DNA from: a virus
Lineage: Duplodnaviria > Caudoviricetes
Length of the DNA stretch: 64,000 bases
IMG/VR virus record: IMGVR_UViG_3300013947_000022
Coordinates: 64,001-128,000 of that record
Reading direction: 5' to 3' (one strand)
Shown here piece after piece: positions 13,159 to 24,336 of the stretch. Each line of letters starts with the position of its first letter. The stretch's first letter is position 1. A model generated the notes under the pieces. The model worked only from the letters and a program-made list of their open reading frames with translations, was not told the DNA's origin and did no database searches. The translations under genes and the position numbers were made by a program.

Positions 13159-14117
13159 CAATGACTAATCTTGTAATCATGGTTGGACCTGTAGCAAGTG
13201 GTAAATCTACGCTTGCAAGTAATATTAAAAATGTATATGAACGTAATGGACGGAAAACTATTATTGTTTCCTCTGACCAGATTCGTGTTGATTTATATGG
13301 CGATATTAATGACCAGACTCATAATGACGGGGTTTTTAAGGAAGTCCGTCGTAGAATTAATAACTGCATCGGGAAAATGAATGTCATTGTAGACGCTACC
13401 AGCATTAATGTAAAGTCTCGTGTTTCTTTACTTGACCTCGTTCGCAAGAATCTTGACGTGCGTAAAATTGCTATGGTTATGACCACTCCCGAACCTGTAT
13501 GCAAGATGCTTAATCGTAAACGCGAAAGAAAAGTTCCAGAGTATGTCATTGATAAGCAGATTGGAAATTTTGAAATTCCTTTTTATGAAGAGGGTTTTGA
13601 TGAAATCAATCTAATTGATTGGAATAGTAATTATTTTTCTTATGCGAAAGATGAGCTTGCTAATATGGAGATTGACAACGATTATATCCCCAATCTTATG
13701 GTTGGCTTTGACCAGCGCAATTCTCATCATAAGTACACTCTTGATATTCATTGTAAAACTTGTGCAGAAGAAATTGCAAAACGAACTGATAATGAAGTTC
13801 TCATTCGAGCAGCAGAAATCCATGATTATGGAAAGATGCTAACTCAGGAAGAGAAAGATGATGGCAGCGGTGAATGTCGCTATTATAGCCATCATAACAA
13901 AGGGTGTTATGAATTAATGCATCCTCTTGCATGGATTGGTTTTAAAGATTACAACAAGTGCCTTGAGTGTTTGTTTTATGTGAATTTTCATATGCTGCCC
14001 TTCTTTATTGAGACTGAAAAAGCTCAAAAGAAATGGGAGAAAATTATAGGAAAGGAAAAGCTTGATAATCTTTTCTTGTTTAATAAATGTGATAAGATTG
14101 CAAGTGGTACACAGTAA
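13155..14117 (+). CDS. Polynucleotide kinase (P-loop) fused to HD phosphohydrolase; RNA end-healing enzyme
   Basis: GPVASGKST, SSDQIR, VDATS, RERKVP kinase motifs; HH..TL..H, IHDYGK and H..KG HD motifs; adjacent to RNA ligase. Confidence 0.85.
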   Translation: MTMTNLVIMVGPVASGKSTLASNIKNVYERNGRKTIIVSSDQIRVDLYGDINDQTHNDGVFKEVRRRINNCIGKMNVIVDATSINVKSRVSLLDLVRKNLDVRKIAMVMTTPEPVCKMLNRKRERKVPEYVIDKQIGNFEIPFYEEGFDEINLIDWNSNYFSYAKDELANMEIDNDYIPNLMVGFDQRNSHHKYTLDIHCKTCAEEIAKRTDNEVLIRAAEIHDYGKMLTQEEKDDGSGECRYYSHHNKGCYELMHPLAWIGFKDYNKCLECLFYVNFHMLPFFIETEKAQKKWEKIIGKEKLDNLFLFNKCDKIASGTQ

Positions 14118-15502
14118 TGTGGAAACATCCTCTGCTTGGTTATATTAAGCAAGTAAAAGCTATTTATGAGTATAATAATAAGCCTATTCGAGATTGGAAT
14201 TTTAAGCATTGGCTTGAAGACCTTTCTGAGCAAGCAGAAAAAACTCACGATGCAAGCCTTTTGGATTTACTTAAGGTGTTTGAGCCTCTTGATATGACCA
14301 TTGATAATGAATATGTACTTTTCCATTATAAGGGTTTTATTGACCTGAGTGATATGGGGTATTCCGAGGCAGATTTTTTCTATCTTTATGATGGGCTTTA
14401 TCAAGAGTGCCGTTCTTGTGTTTTTGATGTAAAGAAAGAAGAACTTGTTTTAGCAAGTCTTCCCAAATGGAAAAATTACAACGAAGATGCTTTTGATTGG
14501 TCTGAAAAGAATATTCGAGAAAAGTATACTTCTGCTCAAAAGATTTGGATTACCAATAAGATGGACGGCAGCTATCAGCAATTTCGTTATATTACCAATG
14601 ATACTGGCTTTGAAATGTTTTTTGGTTCTGGGTCACAAGCTATTGATTTAAATGCATCTTGGAGGTTAAGAGAGGGTTTTTATCTTCTTACTGATTCTCA
14701 GCGAAAGATGATTCAGGATTATCCTGATTACACTTTTATTTTTGAGTTTATTTCTACTAAAAATGCCATTGTGGTTCATTATACTAAAGAACAAGAGGGA
14801 ATGTATCTAATTTCTGCTCGTTCTTGTGTTAATGGAACTGAAATGGATTTTGATACTCTGCGTAGTATTGCTGCTCTTTATGATAGTAAGATGGTAGAGT
14901 ATTACGATTCTGAAAATCTTGATTCTCTTCTTGCTCAGGTTGATAATTTTTCTTCTAATGAAAAAGAGGGTTGGGTTATCCGTATGCGAGATGAGAACGA
15001 CAATGATTTTCGAGTGAAAATTAAATGTACCGATTATATTTTGCTCCATCGTGTAATTAGTAAGCAAGTATCTCCTAATGCAGTAATTGAAGCATTGGCG
15101 TATGACAAGTATGATGATTTTTATTCTAAAGTCCCCGATGCTTTTAAAGATATTGTAAAAGGTTTTTATCTTGAAACTATAAATTATGTTAGTACCCGTA
15201 CTATTGCGGCTGAGATTTGGCATTATCAAATGATAGAAGAGCTTAAAGAACAGCTTGAAAACTATCCTGAAAATTATATTAATAAGCTTAAGATGGTATG
15301 GATTACTGAAAATGTGCCTAAGTGTATTGCAAGTGATGTAAGGAATATGGTGAATGAAAAAAAGACTCAATATCTTATTCGTCGTGGCTCTCCTTACCGT
15401 CATGCAGAGATTCTTAAATTAAAGAATCAGCACGAAAAGGCAATTAGACAAGCAAAAGAAAGACATGAAAATTTTAAGAAAGAAGTGGTAAACAATGGTT
15501 AA
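14117..15502 (+). CDS. T4 Rnl1-like ATP-dependent RNA ligase
   Basis: ECR, KWKNY, motif I KMDGS, FEFIS, motif IV EGWV, motif V KIKC..Y. Confidence 0.85.
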   Translation: MWKHPLLGYIKQVKAIYEYNNKPIRDWNFKHWLEDLSEQAEKTHDASLLDLLKVFEPLDMTIDNEYVLFHYKGFIDLSDMGYSEADFFYLYDGLYQECRSCVFDVKKEELVLASLPKWKNYNEDAFDWSEKNIREKYTSAQKIWITNKMDGSYQQFRYITNDTGFEMFFGSGSQAIDLNASWRLREGFYLLTDSQRKMIQDYPDYTFIFEFISTKNAIVVHYTKEQEGMYLISARSCVNGTEMDFDTLRSIAALYDSKMVEYYDSENLDSLLAQVDNFSSNEKEGWVIRMRDENDNDFRVKIKCTDYILLHRVISKQVSPNAVIEALAYDKYDDFYSKVPDAFKDIVKGFYLETINYVSTRTIAAEIWHYQMIEELKEQLENYPENYINKLKMVWITENVPKCIASDVRNMVNEKKTQYLIRRGSPYRHAEILKLKNQHEKAIRQAKERHENFKKEVVNNG

Positions 15503-15974
15503 TGTAAAGATTAAGAAATTGACTGAAACAGCAAAGATTCCGACAAAGGCTCATGTAGAGGATGCTGCTTTTGACCTTTATGCAGACATTCCCAATGATA
15601 CTTTTATTCCTTGGGGAAGTACAGAAGAACGTAAGGGTTTAAAGATTCTCCCGCACACAACTGTTAAGATTGGTACGGGTGTGGCGATGGCTATTCCCAA
15701 TGGCTATTGGGGTGCTATTTATGCTCGTAGTGGCATTGCCACTAAGCAGGGTCTACGTCCTGCTAACGCCGTGGGCGTGGCAGATTCAAACTATCGTGGC
15801 GAAATTATTGTAGCTCTTCATAACGATTCTTCGGAGACTCAGATTGTTGAGCATGGACAGCGTATTGCGCAGTTTATGCTTGCCCCTGTAATCCCAACAG
15901 AATTTGAGGAGACTAATAATCTTGATGAGACCTCTCGTGGAGCAGAGGGCTTTGGTGATTCTGGCAAGTTCTAA
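15495..15974 (+). CDS. dut: dUTPase (trimeric)
   Basis: AAFDL, ARSG, GVADSNYRGEI, RIAQ, RGAEGFGDSG. Confidence 0.95.
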   Translation: MVNVKIKKLTETAKIPTKAHVEDAAFDLYADIPNDTFIPWGSTEERKGLKILPHTTVKIGTGVAMAIPNGYWGAIYARSGIATKQGLRPANAVGVADSNYRGEIIVALHNDSSETQIVEHGQRIAQFMLAPVIPTEFEETNNLDETSRGAEGFGDSGKF

Positions 15975-16021
15975 TCGTATAGATGATAATAAAATTCAGT
16001 TTTTATTTTGAGGTAAAATAA

Positions 16022-16228
16022 ATGACTTTTAATTTTAAGTGTAACAAGTGTGGCACTCGTGTAGGTATTGACCTCGCTGAGAATTTGCCTGATTTTGAAA
16101 CTCCTCGATATGAGGAAGATGGGAAGATTTTCTTTAAAGATGCTCATATGGTTTGTCCTGTTTGCAAGGAAGAAATCGGATTTATTTTTGAAGAAAGTGA
16201 AGATTAGAATAATGGGGAGGACCAGTAA
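16022..16228 (+). CDS. small CxxC-CxxC zinc-ribbon protein; reads through TAG 16205-16207
   Basis: CNKC...CPVC; readthrough ends at TAA overlapping the next ATG (TAATG at 16226-16230). Confidence 0.65.
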
Positions 16229-16773
16229 TGGCTTCTCCTAATTATAATAAATTACTTTTTTATGATACGGAAACAGTAGGGATTAAACCCCCTTATATTA
16301 TAAGTTTAGGTTATATCTTATGTGAAAACAATAAAATTGTTAAAAGAGATATAATCAAATGCAATCCAAAATATCACATTTCAGAGGGTGCATCTAAGGT
16401 AAATGGATTTACAGATGAGATGGTAAAAGATTGGCCTACTTTTGAAGAAGAATGGCCTAAGATTGCACCATATTTTGAAAATGCTATACTGGTTCGGCAT
16501 AACCTTCCATATGACATTGGCTCTATTAAAGCAGAATTTAAACGTTATAACTTACCTGACCTTCATGGTTATTATGTAGATACTTTACCTATAGCAAGAA
16601 AGTATATTCCAAAGCCAGAAGTGCCTAATCATAAATTGGGAACGTTATGTGAGTATTTTGGTATTGACCTTGTAAACGCGCATACTGCTGATGCAGATAT
16701 TTATGCAACTATGAAGTTGTTTAACAAATTAGTTAGAATTACTAATGGACAAATGGATGTAAAAGAATTTTAA
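16228..16773 (+). CDS. DEDDh 3'-5' exonuclease (DnaQ-like)
   Basis: YDTETVG, LV[CGG]HNLPYD, DTL, KLGTL, AHTADAD. Confidence 0.9.
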   Translation: MASPNYNKLLFYDTETVGIKPPYIISLGYILCENNKIVKRDIIKCNPKYHISEGASKVNGFTDEMVKDWPTFEEEWPKIAPYFENAILVRHNLPYDIGSIKAEFKRYNLPDLHGYYVDTLPIARKYIPKPEVPNHKLGTLCEYFGIDLVNAHTADADIYATMKLFNKLVRITNGQMDVKEF

Positions 16774-16787
16774 AAGGGGAGAATGCT

Positions 16788-19700
16788 ATGAAAGTAACTA
16801 AGCGTGATGGTCGTTAGGTTGAATTTAGTAAAAATAAAATTGTAAAAGCTATTACAAAGGCTTTTATTGAAGTTTACCCTGACGACTTAACTACTGAAAT
16901 GCAAGAATTTGCTCATAAAGTTGCAGAGGAAGTTATGTCTAAAAATACAGACATGACGGTTGAAGATATTCAAGACCTCGTTGTTCGTAGACTTATGGCA
17001 AGTAAGTATAAAGAAGTTGCGAAATCTTATGTCGAATATAGATATTTGCATGAACTTATCCGTCAAAGTAACACAACAGATAAAACAATTAAGGAATTAA
17101 TTGACGGAGATAATGAATATTGGAATACAGAAAATTCTAATAAGAATCCTCGCGTAGTAACTACTCAGAGAGATTATATTGCTGGTGTTACAAGTACAGA
17201 TATAGCACGAAGACTCCTTCTTCCAAAAGATGTTGTTACAGCACATGATGAGGGAATAATTCATTTCCATGATATGGATTATTTTGCTCAGAAGAGTTTA
17301 CATAATTGTTTCTTAAAAAGCACAAAATTTATTACAAAAGAAGGCCTTCGTTCTTTTGAAGATTTTAATAATGGCGATATTATTGAAGTCTTATCTATTG
17401 ATGGTAAATATCATAAAGCAGTTGTAAAACAATATGGAGTACAACCTTTATATAAATATACTTTTTATAATGGGAAAAAAGAAAATACTCATGATGTAAT
17501 TGCCACAGAAAATCATAGGTGGATTTTAAAAGATGGAAAAGAGACCACTAACTTAAAAATTGGGGACAAATTGTGTAAAGCTCCTGTTATTTATTCGCAA
17601 AATTTAGATTGGGAAAATTTAACAGAAAATGAACAATTAATGTGGTGTAAAGGCTTTGGCTTAGGCGATGGTACTAAAGAATATGGTACAAATTCTACTC
17701 GAATTCGTCTATGTGAAAGCAAAGATTTGCAATATCTTAATCGTTTTAGTATATCAGGTTGTAATATTAGAAATACAAAGTTTAAAAATGAAGACAGAGA
17801 AGTTGTAATTTATAACTATAGAAAAACTATTCCAGAATTTAATTCTATTAAAGAACTTCAATGTTTTATTAATGGCTTATATTGTGCTGATGGGCGAAAA
17901 AAGCAAATGGTTAATGGCAAATATAATTTTGGCTTGCAATCTTCATCTTTAGAAGTTATTAATTTCTTAAGGGAAATGGCTGATACAGCAGGATTATATA
18001 TAACCAAAGAAAATGAGCGCACGGGAGAGATAACTAATTTTACCACAGAACAAGGGCGTCCATATACTATTTTGTTCTCGTTTAATAGCGATTTTGATTT
18101 TCATTATACAGTATTAAATAAAGAGTTTTATGGTGAAGATGAAGTTTGGTGTCTTGAAGTAGAAGACACTCACAATTTTATTCTTGAATATGGTATTCCT
18201 ACAGGTAATTGTGAGTTGGTAAATCTTGAAGATATGCTTCAGAATGGAACAGTAATTAATGGAGTAAAAATTGAAAAACCTCATCGTCTTTTAACTGCTG
18301 CAACTATTTCTACTCAGATTATTACTGCGGTAACAAGTTCTTCTTATGGGGGTTGTACGATAAATATCGCACATCTTGCTCCATTTGTAAGAGATAGTTT
18401 TGAATATCACAAGAAAAAGTATCTTAGTCGTGGCTTTAATGAAGTTGATGCAGAAAAATATGCAAATGAAGATACCAAAAAAGAAGTTACAGATGCAGTT
18501 CAGACATTTAATTATCAAGTAAATAGCATGACCAATACTAATGGTCAAGCTCCTTTCCTTAGTGTATTTATGTATCTTAATGATAATCCTGAATATATTA
18601 AGGAAACTGCAATGCTTATTGAAGAGTTCTTAAAGCAACGTATTGTTGGTTTTAAGAATGAAGTCGGACATTATGTAACTCCTGCATTCCCTAAACTTCT
18701 TTATGTGCTTGATGATAATAATATTACAGAAGATAGCAAGTATTGGGATTTGACTGTTCTTGCGGCAAAGTGTACTGCAAAGAGAATGGTACCTGATTAC
18801 ATTTCAGCCAAAATTATGCGTCGTGATAAAGTTGATAAGAACGGTGACGGTAATGTTTATGGCTGTATGGGTTGTCGCAGCTTCCTGACCCCTTATGTAG
18901 ACCTTGAAACTAATAAGCCCAAGTATTGGGGGCGTTTTAATCAAGGCGTAGTAACAATAAATCTTCCTGATATTGCACTTTCTTCTCACGGGGATTTTGA
19001 TGAGTTCTGGAAACTCTTTAATGAACGTACTGAACTTTGCCACAAAGCGTTAAAATGTAGACATGAAAGACTTGCTCTTGCAACAGCAGATGTCGCTCCC
19101 ATTCTTTGGCGTTATGGTGCATTAGCAAGATTGCCAAAGGGAGCTTCAATTCATCCGTTGCTTCATAATGGATATTCAACTCTTTCTCTTGGATATGCAG
19201 GTCTTTATGAATGTGTAAAATATATGACTGGTGAATCTCATTCTCATGGCAAGGGATTTGATTTTGGTATTCAGGTCATGCAAGCTCTTAATGATAAATG
19301 TAAAGAATGGAAAGCTGATGAGAATATTGACTACTCACTTTACCGGTCCCCAATCGAGACTACTACCTATAAATTTGCTAAGTGTTTAAAGAAGCGTTTT
19401 GGTGAAATTGAGGGTGTCACAGATAAGGATTATATTACTAATTCTTATCATATTAATGTAAGAGAAGAAATCGACCCATTTGACAAGCTTGAAATTGAGT
19501 CCAAATATCAAAAGCTTAGTCCACGGGGAGCTATTAGTTACATCGAATGTGCGGATTTAACTAAAAATATTCCTGCTGTTCTTGAGGTTCTTAAATTTAT
19601 TTACGACCATATTATGTATGCTGAATTAAATACAAAGTCTGATTATTGTCAGGTTTGTGGTTATGAACATGAAATTGAAATTGTAGATGAAGATGGCAAA

Positions 19701-19856
19701 TTGTATTGGCGTTGTCCTAATTGTGGCAACACAGACCAAACAAAGATGAATGTGGCTCGTCGTACTTGTGGTTATATTGGTAGCCAATTCTGGAACCAAG
19801 GACGTACTCAAGAAATTAAAGAACGTTATGTTCATATGGATAATCACGAAGAATGA
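16788..19856 (+). CDS. nrdD: Anaerobic ribonucleoside-triphosphate reductase with ATP cone and intein; TAG at codon 10
   Basis: ATP cone MKVTKRDGR*VEF..KI..AI; IHFHD, GQAPF, FPKL, MGCRS, GRFNQG, SLY[CGG]SP, SP[CGG]GAISY, RRTCGYIG glycyl-radical motif. Confidence 0.95.
17307..18209 (+). mobile_element. Intein (301 aa) with LAGLIDADG-like domain in NrdD
   Basis: HN|CFLKSTKF..., ATENHRW, GFGLGDG and GLYCADG, ends TGN|CELV at the catalytic Cys region. Confidence 0.9.
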
Positions 19857-20389
19857 ATTATGCTGTAATTAAAAAAATGGATATTACAAATGGAGAGGGA
19901 ATTAGAGTTTCCCTCTTCGTATCTGGTTGTAAATTCCATTGTAAAAATTGTTTTAATCTTGAAGTTCAAAACTTTTCTTATGGGGAAAAATATACTCAAG
20001 AAACAGTAAATAGAATAAAAGAATATCTAAGTAAATCATCTGTAAAAGGTCTTTCTCTTCTTGGAGGAGACCCTTTGTGGCAAACCAATGAAGATATGGA
20101 ACAGCTTTCGAATCTTTGTAAAGAAGTCCATAATCTCGGTAAAGATATTTGGATTTGGTCAGGTTTTACTTGGGAAGATATTTTTGACAAAATTCCAGAT
20201 AATACATTAGAAGCAGGAATTATAAATGCTCAACAAGAACTGATTGCAGAATGTGATGTTTTTGTTGATGGGCCTTTTGTAGAAGAACTAAAAGACCTTT
20301 CTCTTGCTTGGAGAGGTAGTTCTAATCAAAGAGTTATAGATGTCCAAAAGACGTTGAAAGCAAAAGAGATTGTTCTTTATTGCGACTGA
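19853..20389 (+). CDS. nrdG: Anaerobic RNR activating enzyme (radical SAM)
   Basis: NGEGIRVSLFVSGCKFHCKNCFN, LGGDP, DGPF, RGSSNQR. Confidence 0.95.
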   Translation: MNYAVIKKMDITNGEGIRVSLFVSGCKFHCKNCFNLEVQNFSYGEKYTQETVNRIKEYLSKSSVKGLSLLGGDPLWQTNEDMEQLSNLCKEVHNLGKDIWIWSGFTWEDIFDKIPDNTLEAGIINAQQELIAECDVFVDGPFVEELKDLSLAWRGSSNQRVIDVQKTLKAKEIVLYCD

Positions 20390-20397
20390 TATTTTTC

Positions 20398-20433
20398 AAG
20401 GGGGAATACAACATATTGTATTCCTCCTTTTTT
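20398..20433 (+). terminator. Intrinsic terminator after nrdG
   Basis: GGGGGAATACA/TGTATTCCTCC hairpin followed by T run. Confidence 0.7.
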
Positions 20434-20460
20434 ATTCCGTTTTTATTTTGCAGATTTTAC

Positions 20461-20489
20461 TTGACAAGTCGGAGAAAATGTGGTATACT
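20461..20489 (+). promoter_or_regulatory. sigma70-type promoter
   Basis: TTGACA-17-TATACT with TG extension. Confidence 0.75.
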
Positions 20490-20523
20490 CTCAATAAGAA
20501 TATAGGAGTGGAGGTTCTAATTT

Positions 20524-21333
20524 ATTAACGCACAGATTGAAGAAAGACTTGAAACAGATTTTAAGACACTAACTGAAAAGGGGTTTGAGGTAGTCGGCGT
20601 ATATCTCGCAGGCAGCCAAAATTATGACCTCTCAGATTCTACCAGTGACCTCGATACAAAGGCGATTGTACTTCCTCATTTTGAAGACATTGTTCGTTCT
20701 AAGCAATGGGTAACAGATACAATTATTAACGCTGACGATTCTCATACGGAAGTTAAAGATATTCGTAATATGTTTGACTGTTATAAGAAACAGAATATTA
20801 ATTTTCTTGAAACTCTTTTTACAAAGTATTATTATTTAAATCCTGATTATACAGGTGAATGGCTTGGAGCAATTATTAAAAACAGAGAAAAGATTGCTCA
20901 CTATGATGAATGTAAAGCGATTAAATCCATGTTTGGCAATATGTTGACTAAGTATAAAAATATGTATAAGTCAATGCCCCATAGTGCTTCAGAGATTGAA
21001 CAATATGGTTATGCCTTAAAAGATTATCATCATTTAATGAGATTGGCTCAATTTATTAGAAGATATATTTCAGGTGAAAAATACGAGTCTATTTTAATTG
21101 CAGAAGACAGAGAGAAACTTATTGAATATAAGCGAGTAGGTTTCCCGCTTGAAGAAGTTTCTAAAATTGCAGAAGACACTATTAATGAAACAAGAAAATT
21201 AGTAGATGATACTTTAGTAGAGTGGGAGCAGACAAAAAAAGTAGACAAAGAAGTAGAAGAAATTCTTCATCAAGTAGAATTTGATTTTATCAAACAGAGT
21301 CTTTTACATGATTTGGTGACAGAAAATGGATAA
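20524..21333 (+). CDS. Pol-beta-superfamily nucleotidyltransferase; probable ATT start
   Basis: Frame upstream of ORF 20770 encodes GSQNYDL...SDLDTKAIV; in-frame TAA at 20518, SD GGAGGT about 8 nt before ATT 20524. Confidence 0.75.
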   Translation: MNAQIEERLETDFKTLTEKGFEVVGVYLAGSQNYDLSDSTSDLDTKAIVLPHFEDIVRSKQWVTDTIINADDSHTEVKDIRNMFDCYKKQNINFLETLFTKYYYLNPDYTGEWLGAIIKNREKIAHYDECKAIKSMFGNMLTKYKNMYKSMPHSASEIEQYGYALKDYHHLMRLAQFIRRYISGEKYESILIAEDREKLIEYKRVGFPLEEVSKIAEDTINETRKLVDDTLVEWEQTKKVDKEVEEILHQVEFDFIKQSLLHDLVTENG

Positions 21334-21519
21334 AAACGAAAAATTGTGGTTTTCAGCTAAAAAACCGACTTCCAACCACAATATATTGTGGTCAGAAGAT
21401 TTCAAAGACACAAGATGTTGTGGTTTACTGCCAAATAAAATAACATTTTTATTTGGTAATATTTCAGATGATGAATATAGAAAATTTTTAGATATACAAG
21501 ATGATTGGAGACACGCATA

Positions 21520-23475
21520 ATGAGTGTTAATATTATTGAAAAGATTAAATCTCTTACAGAAGAATTGAAGCATTATGCTTGGGCTTATTATCAGAATGAT
21601 GCACCTGAGATTACAGATGCAGAATATGATGCTAAGTGTGATGAGCTTAAGGCTTTGGAGAACAAGGAAAACTTTTGGCTTGCAGATTCTCCTACTCGTA
21701 AGGTTCAAGGAGCTTTGCTTGATTCATTAAAGAAAGTTAAGCATCCAGTTCCTATGCTTTCTGCGGACAAGTCTACTGATATTGCAGATGTAATTAAGTT
21801 TGCAGAAAATAAAGAAATTACCATTAGTTATAAAGATGATGGTGCAACACTTGTTCTTTATTATAATAATGGCGAACTGATTCAAGCAGTTACTCGTGGT
21901 GATGGGGAAATCGGTGAAGATGTAACTCATACCGCAAAGATGATTAAAAATATTCCGATGCATATTTCTTGCACAGAAGAAATTATTATTCGTGGTGAAG
22001 CAGTTATTCCTTGGGATAAATATCGTGAAATGAATGTTGATGGTACTTTGGGACATCCGAGAAATCTCTCTTCTGGGGGATTGCGTCAGCTTGATGCAAA
22101 TGAAGCCGCAAAGCGCAACATTTACTTTTACGCTTTTAATCTGGTTAATTGGAAAGATATTGGCGTAACAACTCATGCAACCGCAATGAAATTTTTAGAG
22201 ATTCTGGGCATTCCTGTTGTTCCTTATGCCGTTCTTGATGATTATGATGCTGATTCGATTAAATATCTTACAGAAATGGATTTTAATCGTGAACATTATA
22301 ATATTCCCACAGATGGTTGGGTATTCCAGTTTAATGATTTGGTTTATGGTGAAAGTCTTGGTATTACTGCCCATCATCCTCGCAATTTGTTTGCGTTAAA
22401 GCCTGAAACTACTACCTATAAGACAATTTTTCGTGGAGTAGAATTTAATCCAACTCGCACTGGTTTAATTTCTCTTACAGGATTGTTTGACCCTGTTGAT
22501 ATTGATGAGACTATTGTTTCTCGTGCTACACTTCATAATGTTTCTTATTTTAAAGACCTTGAGCTTGGAATTGGAGATGAGATTGAAGTTGCAAAGATGA
22601 ATGAGATTATCCCTGCTATTCTTAAGAATAATACTCGTTCTAATACTTATAAGCTTATTGAAAATTGTCCCTGTTGTGGTTCTAAGCTTATATTAAATCA
22701 AGCTGAATCTGGTACAGAAACTTTGATTTGCCCAAATGAAAATTGTGCTGCTAAACAACTTGCTCAGTTTGTACATTTTGTTTCTAAGCCTTGTGCAAAT
22801 ATTGATGGCTTAAGTGAAGCAATTCTTACCAAATTTATTGACCTTGGTTTTATTAAAACTTTTGCGGACATTTATCATCTTTCTGACCACAAGGATGAAA
22901 TTGTAAAGCTTGACGGCTTTGGTGAAAAGAGTTATAAGAAGCTTTATGAAGCTATCGAACTATCTCGTGAAATTAAGTTGAGCAATTTCATTACTGCCCT
23001 TGGTATCCCTCTTATTGGAAAGACTGCTGGTAAGACTATTTCTAAGGCGTTTAATGGTAATTATGGTTTCTTCCATGATGCTTGGGAACATGGTTTTGAT
23101 TTCAGCACTCTTGATGATTTTGGCAAGGCTATGGCAGATGCAATGAATGATGCTTGGATTAATCCAAATCCTCTTTGGGCTGGTCTTGACAGGGAGTTTA
23201 GTTTTATTGTCGAAGAAGCGCCTAAGATTAGTGCAGATGATTTTATTTCAGGTAAAACTTTTGTAGTTACAGGTTCATTCCAAAATTATAAAAGAGCCGA
23301 CCTCGAAAGGATTATTACTGACCGTGGTGGTAAGCTCTCAGGTTCAGTATCAGCTAAGACTTCTTTTCTATTGACAAATGATGGAGATAGTGGGTCAAGT
23401 AAGGCTGAAAAGGCTAAGAAGCTTAATATTCCTATTGTGTCAGAAGATGAATTTATTAAGAAAGCAGGGCTTTAA
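21520..23475 (+). CDS. ligA: NAD-dependent DNA ligase
   Basis: YY...ITDAEYD, HPVPMLS, KDDG, TRGDG.IGEDVT, RGE, ATLHN, Cys4 finger, C-terminal BRCT. Confidence 0.95.
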   Translation: MSVNIIEKIKSLTEELKHYAWAYYQNDAPEITDAEYDAKCDELKALENKENFWLADSPTRKVQGALLDSLKKVKHPVPMLSADKSTDIADVIKFAENKEITISYKDDGATLVLYYNNGELIQAVTRGDGEIGEDVTHTAKMIKNIPMHISCTEEIIIRGEAVIPWDKYREMNVDGTLGHPRNLSSGGLRQLDANEAAKRNIYFYAFNLVNWKDIGVTTHATAMKFLEILGIPVVPYAVLDDYDADSIKYLTEMDFNREHYNIPTDGWVFQFNDLVYGESLGITAHHPRNLFALKPETTTYKTIFRGVEFNPTRTGLISLTGLFDPVDIDETIVSRATLHNVSYFKDLELGIGDEIEVAKMNEIIPAILKNNTRSNTYKLIENCPCCGSKLILNQAESGTETLICPNENCAAKQLAQFVHFVSKPCANIDGLSEAILTKFIDLGFIKTFADIYHLSDHKDEIVKLDGFGEKSYKKLYEAIELSREIKLSNFITALGIPLIGKTAGKTISKAFNGNYGFFHDAWEHGFDFSTLDDFGKAMADAMNDAWINPNPLWAGLDREFSFIVEEAPKISADDFISGKTFVVTGSFQNYKRADLERIITDRGGKLSGSVSAKTSFLLTNDGDSGSSKAEKAKKLNIPIVSEDEFIKKAGL

Positions 23476-23476
23476 A

Positions 23477-23899
23477 ATGGAAGCTATTAAACAGTTTTTT
23501 GATGCTTATGCTTTTCTCTCTAATTTTTATAGCGCTCCTATAAGTTATAATGGCTTAACTTATCAAAATTCAGAAGCCGCATTTCAAGCGCAAAAAGAAA
23601 TTAAAGATGAAGACCGTAAAAAATATACGACAATGAATCCCTCTCAAGCAAAACTTGCTGGTAGGCATTGTAAATTGCGTGAAGATTAGGAAGAAATTAA
23701 AGAGCAAGCAATGTATGAAATAGTTAGTGCGAAATTTGCTCAAAATAAGAATCTTGCTAAACTTCTTATTGATACTGGTGATGCATATCTTGAAGAGGGT
23801 AATTGGTGGCATGATACAACATGGGGAGTTTGTAATGGAGTGGGACAAAACAAACTTGGAAAAATTCTTATGCGTGTTAGAGAGGAGATTGCTTTATGA
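23477..23899 (+). CDS. NADAR (YbiA-like) protein; in-frame TAG 23687-23689
   Basis: FLSNFY, SEAAFQAQK, RED*EEIK, AKFAQN, L.EGN.WHD..WG, GQNKLGKILMRVR across two in-frame ORFs. Confidence 0.85.
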
Positions 23900-24336
23900 A
23901 TCAATTTATGGCAACACCTATTGATAATACAAAAGATGGCGAATGTTCTCAGTGCGGGAGATGCTGTTCAGCAATTTTGCCTGTAAACCCGAATCAGATT
24001 CTTCGCATTAAGAAGTATTTGAAAAAGCATCCAGAGATTAAGCCTCATAATTATACGCCTATTCTTTCTAAAGATTTTACGGATATTTGCCCGTTTCTTT
24101 CTGAGGATAAAAAGTGTATGATTTATGAGGTAAGACCCGATGTTTGCCAGCACTTTAAATGCGACCGTTTCAAAGACCCTAATTATAAGCCAATGGATTA
24201 TCGTCAGGTTAAACTAATTAATATGTTTACAACATTTAGCGACGAACCTTGTCCACAAGCACCAAATCTTGATGGGCTTAATGAAATTCTGGAAGACCAG
24301 AAAGAAAGGGCTTACGGTAAAAAGAATGTACGTTAA
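23896..24336 (+). CDS. YkgJ-like CxxCxxCC cysteine-cluster protein
   Basis: CSQCGRCC, CPFL, CMIYEVRPDVC. Confidence 0.8.
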   Translation: MNQFMATPIDNTKDGECSQCGRCCSAILPVNPNQILRIKKYLKKHPEIKPHNYTPILSKDFTDICPFLSEDKKCMIYEVRPDVCQHFKCDRFKDPNYKPMDYRQVKLINMFTTFSDEPCPQAPNLDGLNEILEDQKERAYGKKNVR

